From Candidatus Aminicenantes bacterium (GTDB taxonomy: Bacteria > Acidobacteriota > Aminicenantia > Aminicenantales > UBA8522), in assembly GCA_017886205.1 (NCBI GenBank), contig JAFNEO010000012.1, positions 235,207 to 299,206 of the forward strand: a stretch of 64,000 bases of DNA, given 5' to 3'. This document shows, piece after piece, positions 38,467-49,825 of the stretch (position 1 is the stretch's first letter; each line of letters opens with the position of its first letter). The notes beneath the pieces were generated by a model that did no database searches, was not told the origin of the DNA, and saw only the letters and a program-made list of their open reading frames with translations. A program made the position numbers and the translations under genes.

Positions 38467-40557
38467 CTATTTGGCGACTTTCAGCGCCGGCAGGAAGTTC
38501 TCCATCACCCAGACCTCGATTTTCGGCATTCCGGAATCGAAGGCAATCCGCTTCCCGTCCGGATGAAGGGCGATGTTGCGCATGCGGTCCATGGCCAAGC
38601 CGAATGATTTGCACTCCCGGGTTTCAACTTGGACCCGCCACAGTTCGGTTTTCTCGACACCTTGAGGATCCAGGCGCGCCGTGAAGTAGAGGACGAAGCG
38701 GCCGTCTGGTGTCCAGGCCAGTCCGGAGTAACCGGGAATATATTCAGGAATCTTAACGCGGACTATTTCACGGATGTCTCCTCCCGACACAAGCATGGTT
38801 TTCAGCGTTATGTCTGGTTTTTCGTACGACCGAAAGACAATCCTTTGGCCATCGGGAGAGACGGCGGATTCATTGATCGGATAATTGTGCAGGAGTTCCA
38901 CTTCTTGACCCGACGCGACATCTCGCTTTATGTACCAGCCTTCCTTCAAATCACCGCTGAAGCGTCTGAAAAAAACGGTCTTACTGTCCGGCGACCACGC
39001 CGCTTGCTGGACGAACCTTTCTCCTTCATTCAGAACGAAGGGCGTGAGCTCGCCAGATTGAGGATCGATGAAAAAGAATCCCTCTCGGCTCTCAGTTTTC
39101 ATTCCAGAGACGAGGATGGTCCGCCCGTCGGGAGACCAGATGGGCCAGCCGAAATACATTGCAGGATTGATGTCCCGCTCTTCCCCCGTTTCCATTGAGC
39201 GTATGCAAAGAATCGACTTGTAGCGCGGGGTCCGACCCAAGACATAGGCCAAGAATTTGCCGTCCGGGGACCAGGCGGGCGAATTGTTGTTGCCTACGAA
39301 TCGTCTGGCGAGCGGCGCAGGAGGAGAGAGCAGCTTTCCCGGCTCGATGTCCAATGTGGCGATGAAGACATCGGAAAGCGCGGCTTGGACGCCATAATAA
39401 AAAGAGCCGTCCCGGGTGAAACCCAGGGGCGTAACCTCCCCGATGTCCTTTCTGACTAAACCCGGAGCTCCTTGAGGTTGACCATCGGCCACCGGGATGA
39501 CCCAGGAATCAATGGACCCGGTGCGGTTGCTGGCGAAGAGGATGCCTTTCCCGTCCGGCGTCCAGCCAAGGACAGTGTCGTTGGCTTCGTGCTCGACAAG
39601 GGGGATTTCCTGTCCTCCGTCAACCCGAAGGAGGAATATATCAAGGTTCTGGGAGGTTTTGGTGGGAAGCCGATCATACACGATATATCGGCCGTCGGGA
39701 GACAGACTCGCCTTCCGGGGGCTGAACCCGTCCAAAGTCTTCAGGACCCGGAAAGAGCCTCCTTTGGCAGCCACCTGGACGATCTCATAAATTGTGAGGT
39801 TCCTCCAAATAAACGCCAGAATATATTGCCCGTCCGGCGACCACCCCACGGGCCCGACGTCATCTACGGTCATGTCACCAATAACAATGCGGGGATCGGA
39901 CCCGTCGAGGCCGATCGTCCGGATCTCAAATTTCCCGTCCTTGTTGAACCAGGTATAGGCCAACTGGCGACCGTCAGGCGAAAACACGGAATAGAGGGCA
40001 TACTCCGACCAGGCCTCTGAACTCTTGGTCAGAAATCGCTCCTCTCCGGTTGTAAGGTTGCGAACTAGCAGATTCCCGCTTTTCCAATCCATATCCGAGA
40101 AGTACCTGCCGTCGGGAGACGGAGATCCTCCGAACCCCCAGCCGGGACCTTCGCGCAACCGGCGGACGACAATACCCTTGGCTTCCCTGGCTCCTGCCGC
40201 GCCCGGTTCCAACGCACTCAGGCGCGCTTTCGCCTGTGCCACAATCTCGGCCTGCTCGGCGAATTCGCGCACCACCCGCTCATAGGCTGTGCGGGCCTCT
40301 GCATCGCCCAGCTTTTCGTGGCACTGGCCCATCCGCAGCAGGGCGGTCGCGACCGTAGCCCGGCCGGCGCCCGGCAGCGCGGCGATCTTCTTGTATTGCT
40401 CGATGGCGCCCCTCAGGTCTCCATCGACAGTTTCAGTTTTAATGGCGGCCTGGAGCGCCACCTCAGCCTTATTATCCTTCGCCTGGTTCGCCAGGTACCC
40501 GGCGGACAGGGCCGCGCAGAGCAGCCCGGATAAAAGAACGAATTTGATGAGCTTCAT
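38467..40557 (-). CDS. Secreted TolB-like PD40 beta-propeller repeat protein with N-terminal TPR-like region
   Basis: Repeated WSPDG(Q/R) / SPDG motifs; signal peptide MKLIKFVLLSGLLCAALSAG. Confidence 0.7.
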   Translation of the reverse strand: MKLIKFVLLSGLLCAALSAGYLANQAKDNKAEVALQAAIKTETVDGDLRGAIEQYKKIAALPGAGRATVATALLRMGQCHEKLGDAEARTAYERVVREFAEQAEIVAQAKARLSALEPGAAGAREAKGIVVRRLREGPGWGFGGSPSPDGRYFSDMDWKSGNLLVRNLTTGEERFLTKSSEAWSEYALYSVFSPDGRQLAYTWFNKDGKFEIRTIGLDGSDPRIVIGDMTVDDVGPVGWSPDGQYILAFIWRNLTIYEIVQVAAKGGSFRVLKTLDGFSPRKASLSPDGRYIVYDRLPTKTSQNLDIFLLRVDGGQEIPLVEHEANDTVLGWTPDGKGILFASNRTGSIDSWVIPVADGQPQGAPGLVRKDIGEVTPLGFTRDGSFYYGVQAALSDVFIATLDIEPGKLLSPPAPLARRFVGNNNSPAWSPDGKFLAYVLGRTPRYKSILCIRSMETGEERDINPAMYFGWPIWSPDGRTILVSGMKTESREGFFFIDPQSGELTPFVLNEGERFVQQAAWSPDSKTVFFRRFSGDLKEGWYIKRDVASGQEVELLHNYPINESAVSPDGQRIVFRSYEKPDITLKTMLVSGGDIREIVRVKIPEYIPGYSGLAWTPDGRFVLYFTARLDPQGVEKTELWRVQVETRECKSFGLAMDRMRNIALHPDGKRIAFDSGMPKIEVWVMENFLPALKVAK

Positions 40558-40636
40558 TTTAATTTTCCTCCTGCCCATCATGTTACGGCGCCATTGTCAG
40601 GAGAGTATCCGCGCTATTGTCAGGATTGGGTTTTAT

Positions 40637-42145
<1,509 letters not shown>

Positions 42146-42248
42146 GGGTTGCCTCTTAGTGTAACACCTGGGAAGTGCAATTTCTATGTTTAAAAAAGGT
42201 CTCGACTTTATTGCGGAAAGATGCGGAAAATCGCGGTGTCGGCCTAGA

Positions 42249-42290
42249 AACTTTAGCGACCTCGAAAATACCCTCTGCGGATTCCAGATA
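42249..42290. repeat. Repeat family C copy (AACTTTAGCGACCTCGAAAATACCCTCTGCGGATTCCAGATA)
   Basis: ~88% identical to 54728-54768. Confidence 0.6.
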
Positions 42291-42298
42291 CCGTACGA

Positions 42299-42958
42299 TC
42301 AGATGATGCGGCCGTCCAACAGGTTGATCGTCCGCTGGCTGTAGGCGGCGATATTGGTGTCGTGGGTGACCATCAGGATCGTCCGCCCCTGCTGCTGCAG
42401 CCTGACAAAGAGGCCCATGATCTCCACTCCGGTTTTCGAGTCGAGGTTGCCCGTCGGTTCGTCGGCCAGGATCATTGCCGGGTCGTTGGCCAAAGCCCGG
42501 GCGATAGCTACGCGCTGCTGCTCGCCCCCCGAAAGTTCGCTGGGACGGTGGAGCTGCCGGTTGACAAGACCGACCATTTCGAGGAGCTCGATGACTCGCT
42601 GCCGCCGCTTTTTCCCCGATTTGCCGTTAAAAAGCATCGGCAGCTCCACATTTTCGTAGGTTGTGGCATACGGGAGCAGGTTGAAATTCTGGAAGACAAA
42701 CCCGATCTTCCGATTCCGGACCGCGGACAGCTGGTCCAAGCTGAGGCCGGCCACGTTCTTCTCTTCGAGAAAGTACGAACCGCTGGTCGGCGTATCCAGG
42801 CAGCCAATGATGTTGAGCAGCGTCGATTTCCCCGACCCGGAAGGTCCCATGATCGAGATGAACTCACCCGGCTCGATGCTGAGGGAAACCTCCTTCAGGG
42901 CGTCGAGCGAGACCTCTCCCATCTTGTAGACTTTGTTGATATTCTCCATCTCGATCAT
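42299..42958 (-). CDS. ABC transporter ATP-binding protein (MacB/LolD-type)
   Basis: Walker [10 protein letters not shown], signature [15 protein letters not shown], Walker [12 protein letters not shown]. Confidence 0.85.
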   Translation of the reverse strand: MIEMENINKVYKMGEVSLDALKEVSLSIEPGEFISIMGPSGSGKSTLLNIIGCLDTPTSGSYFLEEKNVAGLSLDQLSAVRNRKIGFVFQNFNLLPYATTYENVELPMLFNGKSGKKRRQRVIELLEMVGLVNRQLHRPSELSGGEQQRVAIARALANDPAMILADEPTGNLDSKTGVEIMGLFVRLQQQGRTILMVTHDTNIAAYSQRTINLLDGRII

Positions 42959-42967
42959 CGCTGTCTC

Positions 42968-44218
42968 CTATTCATACCGGAGCGCCTCGACCGGATTTAG
43001 ACGCGACGCCCGGGCGGCCGGGAAAATCCCCGACAAGAAAACGAGAATCCCCAGGACAACCAGGAAGATGATCAGGATGTCGAGGGAGAAGACCGGCCGC
43101 AGCAGGTAGGTTTGAATGCCGCTGATTTCATAGCTGATGGGAATAAGCCGCGTCAGACGGACGATGGTGTAGGCGATGGCTGTTCCCCAGAAAGTCCCTT
43201 TGGAAAAAATGAACACTGTTTCCAGCAGGAACTGAATGATGATATGGCGGCGTCTGGCTCCCAGGGCCATTTTGATTCCGATCTCGCGCGTCCGTTCCTT
43301 GACCAGGGCGTACATCAGGTTGGTGACACCCACGGCGCCGATGAGCAGGGTCAGACCGCCGATGAGGGCCAGGAAGATCTCGATGCCTTTGAATGCCTTC
43401 CCGGCGACCTCGGCCTGCTCGATGGTGTTCCAGACCCCCAGGGCGTAGTCGTCTTTGGGATCGAAGCGGTATTTGCGGCCGAGGATCTCGCGGATGCGCC
43501 GCTCCACGAGCTTGTTGTCCTCGCGCCGCTTTGGCTGGATATGAATGCGGTCGAGGTAAAGCTGACTGTCGATGCGGGAAAAGGTGGAATAAGGAATATA
43601 AGCGTGGTCGGCGTCAAAGCCCTGGTAGGCGGAGCTCTGCAGCTTCTTTTTCATGACGCCGATCACCGTGAAGGGCACACGGGTGATGACGATGGTCCGG
43701 CCCACGGGATTCTCGGCAGGGAAAAGGTTTTTGGCCATGTTCCAGCCGATGAAGGCCACCCGGCGCGCGGACCTCTCGTCGTCCTCGTTGATAAACCTCC
43801 CGCCGCTTTCCGCTATCATGGAGCGCATCCCTCCGAAAGAAGGTCCGACGCCGCAGACGTTGCGGTTGGTTTCGCGGCCTCCTCCGGTGATGGTGAAGTA
43901 GTCATTGGACTCGGGCGAAATCAGCTCGATCTCCGGGATAAGCGCCGACAGAAGGGAGATGTCTCTTGGGTAGATCATGATGCGCCGCCCCTTGGGGAGG
44001 CCATGATAATCCTTGGAGGTCTGGCCGCGGTAGATCATGATGAGATTGTCGCCCAGGCCTTTGAAGCTGATGCGGAAGGAGTTGGTGAGGCCGCGGCCGA
44101 ACGACATCAGAAGAAGGAGGGAGAGAGTGCCCCAGGTGATGGCGAAGGTGATCAGGGCGGTTTTCTTTTTCCGCTTGCGGTACTCTTTCGCAAAGTAGCG
44201 GAGAAGCGGGGTGCGCAT
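42968..44218 (-). CDS. ABC transporter permease, FtsX/MacB-like
   Basis: N-terminal TM, large periplasmic domain, C-terminal FtsX-like 3-TM bundle. Confidence 0.75.
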   Translation of the reverse strand: MRTPLLRYFAKEYRKRKKKTALITFAITWGTLSLLLLMSFGRGLTNSFRISFKGLGDNLIMIYRGQTSKDYHGLPKGRRIMIYPRDISLLSALIPEIELISPESNDYFTITGGGRETNRNVCGVGPSFGGMRSMIAESGGRFINEDDERSARRVAFIGWNMAKNLFPAENPVGRTIVITRVPFTVIGVMKKKLQSSAYQGFDADHAYIPYSTFSRIDSQLYLDRIHIQPKRREDNKLVERRIREILGRKYRFDPKDDYALGVWNTIEQAEVAGKAFKGIEIFLALIGGLTLLIGAVGVTNLMYALVKERTREIGIKMALGARRRHIIIQFLLETVFIFSKGTFWGTAIAYTIVRLTRLIPISYEISGIQTYLLRPVFSLDILIIFLVVLGILVFLSGIFPAARASRLNPVEALRYE

Positions 44219-44221
44219 GGC

Positions 44222-45448
44222 CTATTTCCTCAAAGCCTCGATGGGATTCGTGGATGCGGCCTTCCGGGCCGGCATCAGGCCCGAGACGATTCCGATGGTG
44301 AGAAGGATCAGGATCGTAACTATGCCCACGGCGGGATTGATCTCAGGAATTCCGACGTAGTCCTTAATTTTCTCGACGGGGATGGCCCGTAAGACCAGGG
44401 CGGCGCAAAGGAAGCCCAAGCCGCCTCCGAACAGGACGATCGTCAGGGATTCGGCAAAGAACTGCCAGAGGATGTGTCTCCGCTTCGCGCCCACGGCGAG
44501 CTTGATTCCGATTTCCTTGGTCCGTTCCTCAACGACCACCAGCATGATGGATGCCACCCCCACCCCCCCGACCAACAGCGTGAATGCGCCGATCACGCCG
44601 AGAAAGATGTTGAAAGCCAGAAAGAAAATCGAGAAAGATCTTTCCACTTCGGTCCAGTCCCAGACGAACAGGGCGTCCTTGTCGTCGGGCGAGAAGCCGG
44701 CCCGGTTTCCCAGGTCCTCCCGCACCAGGCGGGTGATCCGCTTGGAGGCCGCCGGATTCCCGGGCTGGAAGATAAGGCTCCCGATGTATTTATCGCCGAA
44801 AATCGCCGAGTAGGTCGTCCAGGGGATGAATGCACAGTGCTCGTCAGGTTGGCCGCTGAAATTGCTCGTCTGGATCTTTTTCTTCATCACTCCCACGACG
44901 GTGTAGGGGATGCCCTCGATGAGTATGGCCCGGCCCACAGCCTCTTCTTTATGGAACAGATTTTCGGTGACGGTGTTGCCGAGCACGCATACACGGCGCT
45001 TGAGGGCCATGTCGGTGTCGTTGAGGTAGCGGCCTTTGCCGGCGATGATGTTGCGGATGTCTCCATATTCGACCGGCACTCCGCGGACCGTGTTGAGGAC
45101 ATCCTCCCGTCCGTAGCGGATGGGGCGGCTGGCGGTGAACTCGAAGGCCATCCTCTTGATTCCGGGAACTTTCCGGCCGGTCAGAGTGACCTGCTCCGGA
45201 GTCAGCCGGACAAGACGGCCCTTGGGGAGACCCTGATAAGGCAAAGTCGTGCTCGCCGGGAAGGCGATGACGAAGCCCTGTCCGACGCCGCGGAAAGATA
45301 TCATATTCTGCCGGCCCACGGCCGAGCCGAAAGCGAGCAGGAGCACGACGGCAAAAGTCCCCCACCCGACACCCGAAAGCGTCATCGAAGTGCGGAGGGG
45401 CTGACGCCTCAGGTCCCGGAAGAGGTTGCGGAAGAAGATGAAGATCAT
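44222..45448 (-). CDS. ABC transporter permease, FtsX/MacB-like (second)
   Basis: Paralogous architecture to 42968-44218; 3-nt spacing (operon). Confidence 0.75.
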   Translation of the reverse strand: MIFIFFRNLFRDLRRQPLRTSMTLSGVGWGTFAVVLLLAFGSAVGRQNMISFRGVGQGFVIAFPASTTLPYQGLPKGRLVRLTPEQVTLTGRKVPGIKRMAFEFTASRPIRYGREDVLNTVRGVPVEYGDIRNIIAGKGRYLNDTDMALKRRVCVLGNTVTENLFHKEEAVGRAILIEGIPYTVVGVMKKKIQTSNFSGQPDEHCAFIPWTTYSAIFGDKYIGSLIFQPGNPAASKRITRLVREDLGNRAGFSPDDKDALFVWDWTEVERSFSIFFLAFNIFLGVIGAFTLLVGGVGVASIMLVVVEERTKEIGIKLAVGAKRRHILWQFFAESLTIVLFGGGLGFLCAALVLRAIPVEKIKDYVGIPEINPAVGIVTILILLTIGIVSGLMPARKAASTNPIEALRK

Positions 45449-46527
45449 TCGATTTCCCGGGGCGGCCGTTCGACGACGAGGTCACCTTCCTTGAGGCCTT
45501 CCAGGATCTCGATATTCAGGCCGTCCGAGAGGCCGGTCTTGACGTCGACTTTTTTGATGATCTCGTTTTCCTTGACCTCGACGGAGCGTTTTTCGCCCTC
45601 CGAAAGGACCAGCCGCTCGGGGATGACGAGGACGCCCTTGTGTTCCTGGATGGTCACATAAGCCGTGGCTGAGAATCCGGCCCGGAGGATGACTCCGGGG
45701 GCCTCGCCGAGAAGGATCTCTACATCGAACAGGGTGGCGTTACCTTCCTTTTTCGCCTTGGGGAAGATGCGGTCGAGCGTGCCGTGGATTTTGTTCTCGG
45801 CCATGGCTCCGATCTGAATCTCGGCGTCCATGCCCGGCACGAGCTTTCCGACGTCAATCTCGTCGACGGTTCCCTTGAACAGAATATTTTTCATGTCGGC
45901 CATTGAACACATGTCGGTTCCGGGCTGGAAACTAGTCAGGGGGACGACCGGGTCGCCTTCGTGCGCTTTGAGGGAGAGCATGACGCCGGAGATGGGGGCC
46001 TTGATGATGGAGTCGATATTGCGGTTGGACATTTGGATCCGGCCCTTTTCCAGGAGCTCGAACCTCTCTTTGGCCACGCGGTGGCGGAGCCTCGCCTCAT
46101 TGTACTCCGCCTCCAGGTCGTCCATCTGAGACAGGGAGATGAGTTGTGACTGGTATAATTTCTCGTTGCGGTCCCGTTCATTCTGGATTCTCGACAGGGT
46201 CACTTCGGCCACTTCCATGCTGCGGCGGGTTTCGACGTACTCGAGGGGAGTCGGGTTGGGCAAGATCTTGAACAGGGGACTGTTTTTGGCGATGGTGTCA
46301 CCGACCTTAAACATCACCTCTGAGACGATGCCCGGTATGGTCGATTTGACATTGATTTCCTGTTCGGGCTCGAGGGTGCCCACGGCCAGGGCCCGTTCGG
46401 CGATATCGCCCCGCTTGGCCGGGACGAATTTCAGGTCCTCGTCCTTCTTTTTCCGACCGGAGACAAGAACATAGGCAACTCCGATCACGATCAGGACGAT
46501 AATCGGAATGACGATTTTTTTCTTCAT
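45445..46527 (-). CDS. Periplasmic adaptor (HlyD/MacA-family membrane fusion protein)
   Basis: N-terminal TM anchor, coiled-coil region, beta-barrel/lipoyl-like blocks; overlaps permease start. Confidence 0.75.
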   Translation of the reverse strand: MKKKIVIPIIVLIVIGVAYVLVSGRKKKDEDLKFVPAKRGDIAERALAVGTLEPEQEINVKSTIPGIVSEVMFKVGDTIAKNSPLFKILPNPTPLEYVETRRSMEVAEVTLSRIQNERDRNEKLYQSQLISLSQMDDLEAEYNEARLRHRVAKERFELLEKGRIQMSNRNIDSIIKAPISGVMLSLKAHEGDPVVPLTSFQPGTDMCSMADMKNILFKGTVDEIDVGKLVPGMDAEIQIGAMAENKIHGTLDRIFPKAKKEGNATLFDVEILLGEAPGVILRAGFSATAYVTIQEHKGVLVIPERLVLSEGEKRSVEVKENEIIKKVDVKTGLSDGLNIEILEGLKEGDLVVERPPREIE

Positions 46528-46629
46528 GGTTTCACCCTTTTAGACATCGGCACTGTCTATTATATACTACGAAAGACTGGAGAAATGGTTCACTGTAGCG
46601 ATCGTTTTGATTCAGAACCCGGGGGAAGG

Positions 46630-46944
46630 TCAGTCCATATCCAGGGCGAAGCGGATGGCCTTATGGATCTCCTCCATTTTCCGCTCCGAAAGCCGGGCGA
46701 TTCTCGATTCCAGATAGGCCTTGGGAATCGTCAGCATCGAATCGCAATTCACGGCGCACGGCTTGGGGAGTCCGTCCTCCAACCCGAGAGAAACCTCGGC
46801 GGCGATTCCGCGGACGGTCGTCGTCACGGGCGCCACGGTGACTGCCGTCCTCACGGGATAGGCTTCGTCCCGGCTGAGGAGGACGACGGGCCTTCGCCCG
46901 GCCGGCGGTTTCAGCCGGGCCCACCAGACCTCGCCTTTTTTCAA
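46630..46944 (-). CDS. MazF/PemK-like toxin
   Basis: 'KKGEVWWARLKPPAGRRPVVLLSRDEAY' PemK-like N-terminus. Confidence 0.65.
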   Translation of the reverse strand: MKKGEVWWARLKPPAGRRPVVLLSRDEAYPVRTAVTVAPVTTTVRGIAAEVSLGLEDGLPKPCAVNCDSMLTIPKAYLESRIARLSERKMEEIHKAIRFALDMD

Positions 46945-47198
46945 GTCCAGTCCTCTTCTGACATGGACTCGGCCGACGTGCCGGCCATGGCCTCGGCGAT
47001 GGAGGCGTCCTCGGGCTTTTGACGATACCCGTTTTCGTACTCTCTCACCAATCGTTCCCTTTCGCGCGCTTCCTTCCAGGCGCGGAACGTTGCTAAAAGA
47101 AAGCCGCTGCGGCTCAATCCGGCTTTTCTGCGAATGGTCTCCAATTCCTTAAATTCCTCCCATGGGATACTGACGGCGAATTTGGCGGATTTTCTCAT
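46941..47198 (-). CDS. Ribbon-helix-helix antitoxin
   Basis: 'KFAVSIPWEEFKELETIRRKAGLSRSGFLLATFRAW' CopG-like; overlaps toxin start. Confidence 0.6.
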   Translation of the reverse strand: MRKSAKFAVSIPWEEFKELETIRRKAGLSRSGFLLATFRAWKEARERERLVREYENGYRQKPEDASIAEAMAGTSAESMSEEDWT

Positions 47199-47269
47199 GA
47201 CCAAGACCTGCTTCTTTCGGGTATTACCATGATAATACCGGAGTATTCCTATTGTCAAGTCGCAGATCG

Positions 47270-47390
47270 CGATTCAGTTCCGCCTTCGCCCGCGCGCTCG
47301 GCTTTTCCTCCGAATTCATCTCCCTCCTCGAGGCCGATAAAAGAGCGCCGTCCCTCGCCGCCCTGAACAAGATCGCCGCGTTGAAAAAGG
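47270..47390 (+). pseudogene. Remnant (~40 codons) of a third XRE-ImmA regulator gene copy
   Basis: Translates to FARALGFSSEFISLLEADKRAPSLAALNKIAAL, near-identical to residues ~20-55 of 51557 and 56507 products. Confidence 0.6.
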
Positions 47391-47549
47391 GTAATAAGAT
47401 CACACCGGCCTGAGAATTCATCTTCATATCCCGCGTCTTTTGAGTATGTTGATATTTGTTCCCGGCTCGAGCTTAGCAGGGCGCAAAATGTGTACGCAAG
47501 TGTTGACACATTTGGCTGTAATGATAAAATATCTCTTAAGGTGATCACC

Positions 47550-47816
47550 ATGAAGATGGCGGGCATTCGTGAAGTCCGGGCAAAATGCGCCGGCTATCTT
47601 GGCGGTTCCGAGCCTTTCCTGGTCACAAAACACGGGAAGGTCTCGGGTGTGTACATCCCGCTCGAATCTCCGGATCGGTTGCCCGACGATTGGCGCCGGG
47701 AAATCGGCAAGAGCCTGAGCCATTATCTCGCCAGGCTGCTGGAATTGAAGGGAATCACTGAGCGAGACGTTGGAGAGGATTTCCGTGCCTTTAGAGGCAG
47801 TCGTCGCCGACGCTAA
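47550..47816 (+). CDS. Phd/YefM-like (VapB-position) antitoxin
   Basis: 'MKMAGIREVRAKCAGYLGGSEPFLVTKHGKVSGVYIPLES'; SD aaggtga; overlaps PIN gene. Confidence 0.55.
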   Translation: MKMAGIREVRAKCAGYLGGSEPFLVTKHGKVSGVYIPLESPDRLPDDWRREIGKSLSHYLARLLELKGITERDVGEDFRAFRGSRRRR

Positions 47817-48207
47817 CGTTCTTCTTTCAGCGGTCATCGGAAAAGCCGCGCAAAAAATATTTTCAGAGCATAACCTTAAAGTCCATGCCTCAGAATTCAA
47901 TGCGAGCGAAGTCGGGGAATACCTGCCTGTCATGGCTAGAAAATATGCGCTGCCGGTGAATCTTGTCGTCTTGCGCTGGAGACTCCTCCCGCTGATCATC
48001 CATCCAGCTTCTGAATACGCCGGGCATTATAAAAAGGCATTAGCGGACCTAAAGGATCGAGATCCTGAGGATGCGCATGCGCTGGGGCTGGCCCGCGCGT
48101 TGAATTGTCCTCTGTGGTCGAATGATCGCCATCTGGCCAAATTCGAAGTCGCCTGTTACACGACGGCCCGGCTGCTCAAAATCCTGGAAATGCCGAAAGG
48201 ACGATAA
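47770..48207 (+). CDS. PIN-domain toxin (VapC-like)
   Basis: 'VVADANVLLSAV' N-terminal Asp block and 'WSNDRHL' C-terminal acidic block typical of PIN. Confidence 0.65.
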   Translation: MERISVPLEAVVADANVLLSAVIGKAAQKIFSEHNLKVHASEFNASEVGEYLPVMARKYALPVNLVVLRWRLLPLIIHPASEYAGHYKKALADLKDRDPEDAHALGLARALNCPLWSNDRHLAKFEVACYTTARLLKILEMPKGR

Positions 48208-48210
48208 GCC

Positions 48211-48248
48211 CGACGCCCCGAATTTGTTAAGTGTTAAGACCTGACCCC
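48211..48248. repeat. Degenerate REP family A half-site
   Basis: cgacgccccgaatttgttaagtgttaagacctgacccc. Confidence 0.7.
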
Positions 48249-48307
48249 GAAGGACCGAAGGAGGGCAATCCTTTAGCCTGGCGGTTATAATTGCCCTGGA
48301 AAAGGCG

Positions 48308-48937
48308 ATGACGCTGGTCAAGGAATATAAAGCCTACAGAAGAGCGTACAGGGAGATGAATCATAAAATTATGGAGAAGTATCTGAAGCATGATCAGCTT
48401 TTGAGATCAGCCAAGTTGCTCGGCGTTGTCCAGAGGGGCACTATGGTGTTCGAAAATGAGGAGGAAACAAACGTTTTGATGGATTTCGCCTTACATGAAT
48501 ATCGAGAGCACGACAAGAATGCAATCGCCCTCTACAGGGAGAAAATCGGCGGAGAGAGCGCCATGGAGAGGGCAATTTTGAACGCTCTGCTTTCCTCACA
48601 CACGTCATTGTTTAGAATTAGCGCTGTCTCGCCGTCAGAAAGTATCACGTCCTTAAGAGACCTCCTGAGTGAAGGGCAGCCGGTCAGACTCTTGGATATC
48701 GGCCTCAGCCAGTGCGCCACTCCAGGCTTCTTGATATTTGTCAGGCTCGTTCCATACAAGGACATGTTCATAACCTCCGGGATATCTTTCGTTTTTCCTC
48801 CCGGCCTGGAGAGATGTCTTCTTGGGAAGTATGAGGAGTTGTGCGGAAAAACCGAACCGGATGGGCTCTCGCTGGAGAGGTTTGTTTACTTTTTCAGGAG
48901 GAGCCGCGAAGATGGCCTGAGAGTCATTTATCAGTGA
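48308..48937 (+). CDS. Hypothetical protein (209 aa)
   Basis: Uninterrupted ORF in AT-richer accessory segment; no recognised motifs. Confidence 0.35.
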   Translation: MTLVKEYKAYRRAYREMNHKIMEKYLKHDQLLRSAKLLGVVQRGTMVFENEEETNVLMDFALHEYREHDKNAIALYREKIGGESAMERAILNALLSSHTSLFRISAVSPSESITSLRDLLSEGQPVRLLDIGLSQCATPGFLIFVRLVPYKDMFITSGISFVFPPGLERCLLGKYEELCGKTEPDGLSLERFVYFFRRSREDGLRVIYQ

Positions 48938-49028
48938 ACCTGAGCCATCAAGCGATCCTTATTACTTCATCTGTTTTGATCTTGCTTTATTCTAATAAAC
49001 GATTTTTAAATGAAAGAAAGAGTGCGCT

Positions 49029-49340
49029 ATGTGGTCGAAAAAGGAAAAGGACATTGCCCGGCGGGCTTTTGAGATGGCCCTGGAGAGAGAAGGCTTAGAG
49101 CTTTTAAGAAAGATCAAAGAGATGGCGCGTACGGCCGAGAATCGTAAAGATATCTGGCAGATCCACGATTTCCTCACGGAGAGAAGAACCGAAATCGATC
49201 AAAAGTATGATTATCGATATTCAGTGCTCATTCCTATTTTCGGCAGATTGGTCCGCGAAGAATGGATTAGACTCGATGAGCTTGAGGGTCTTGACGAAGA
49301 TAAAATCACGAAAATTAAAATAATGGCGAGTTTGGAGTAA
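49029..49340 (+). CDS. Hypothetical small protein (103 aa)
   Basis: ORF only. Confidence 0.3.
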   Translation: MWSKKEKDIARRAFEMALEREGLELLRKIKEMARTAENRKDIWQIHDFLTERRTEIDQKYDYRYSVLIPIFGRLVREEWIRLDELEGLDEDKITKIKIMASLE

Positions 49341-49453
49341 CCCATGGCTTTCATGGATCTGCTTGCCGAAGGCGAGGCCGGCAATAGAGCGCTGTCTTTC
49401 GCCACTCTCCATTTCCCTGTTATCGAATCGCCTTGGCCGCATCCGCTCGATGC

Positions 49454-49825
49454 TCACCTATATCGGCTGAGAATTCTCTCTCTATCCTCGTTCTCTTTGT
49501 CACCCTTGTAGTAAATTTCGATGAGCTCGACCCGATCCATTTCCTCGAAATAGGCATATACCACTCGAATTCCGGAATGGGCTCCTTTTCCTTTGAGCGC
49601 CCGGCAAGCGAATTTCCGGCCCTTGTAAACCTTTGGTCCTTGAATGCCAAGCTCCGCCATCTGCACAACCCCTTTGTTGTCAATCCTCAACTTATGGAAG
49701 AGTCCGAGCTCTGTGTTGATGAAATTGTCCAGGTCATCCTCTAGGGACCGGAACCTCTTGAGGAGCCTCTTCATGTCCCGCTCGAATTCCGGCAAGCGAA
49801 TAATTTCCTTAAACGGCGTCATCAT
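49454..49825 (-). CDS. RelE/ParE/HigB-like toxin (Gp49-like)
   Basis: C-terminal 'GIRVVYAYFEEMDRVELIEIYYKGDKE' toxin-fold signature; overlaps upstream antitoxin gene. Confidence 0.5.
   Translation of the reverse strand: MMTPFKEIIRLPEFERDMKRLLKRFRSLEDDLDNFINTELGLFHKLRIDNKGVVQMAELGIQGPKVYKGRKFACRALKGKGAHSGIRVVYAYFEEMDRVELIEIYYKGDKENEDRERILSRYR

Noticed and set aside
43112-45661. 426-aa and 395-aa plus-strand ORFs
   Set aside because: They are antisense to the two FtsX-like permease genes of the ABC operon. Low-complexity Gly/Asp/Arg-rich translations.
47224-47427. 67-aa minus-strand ORF (and its twin at 56308-56658)
   Set aside because: It is an antisense shadow of the XRE-ImmA 5' region or remnant. 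It recurs only because the sense sequence is repeated.
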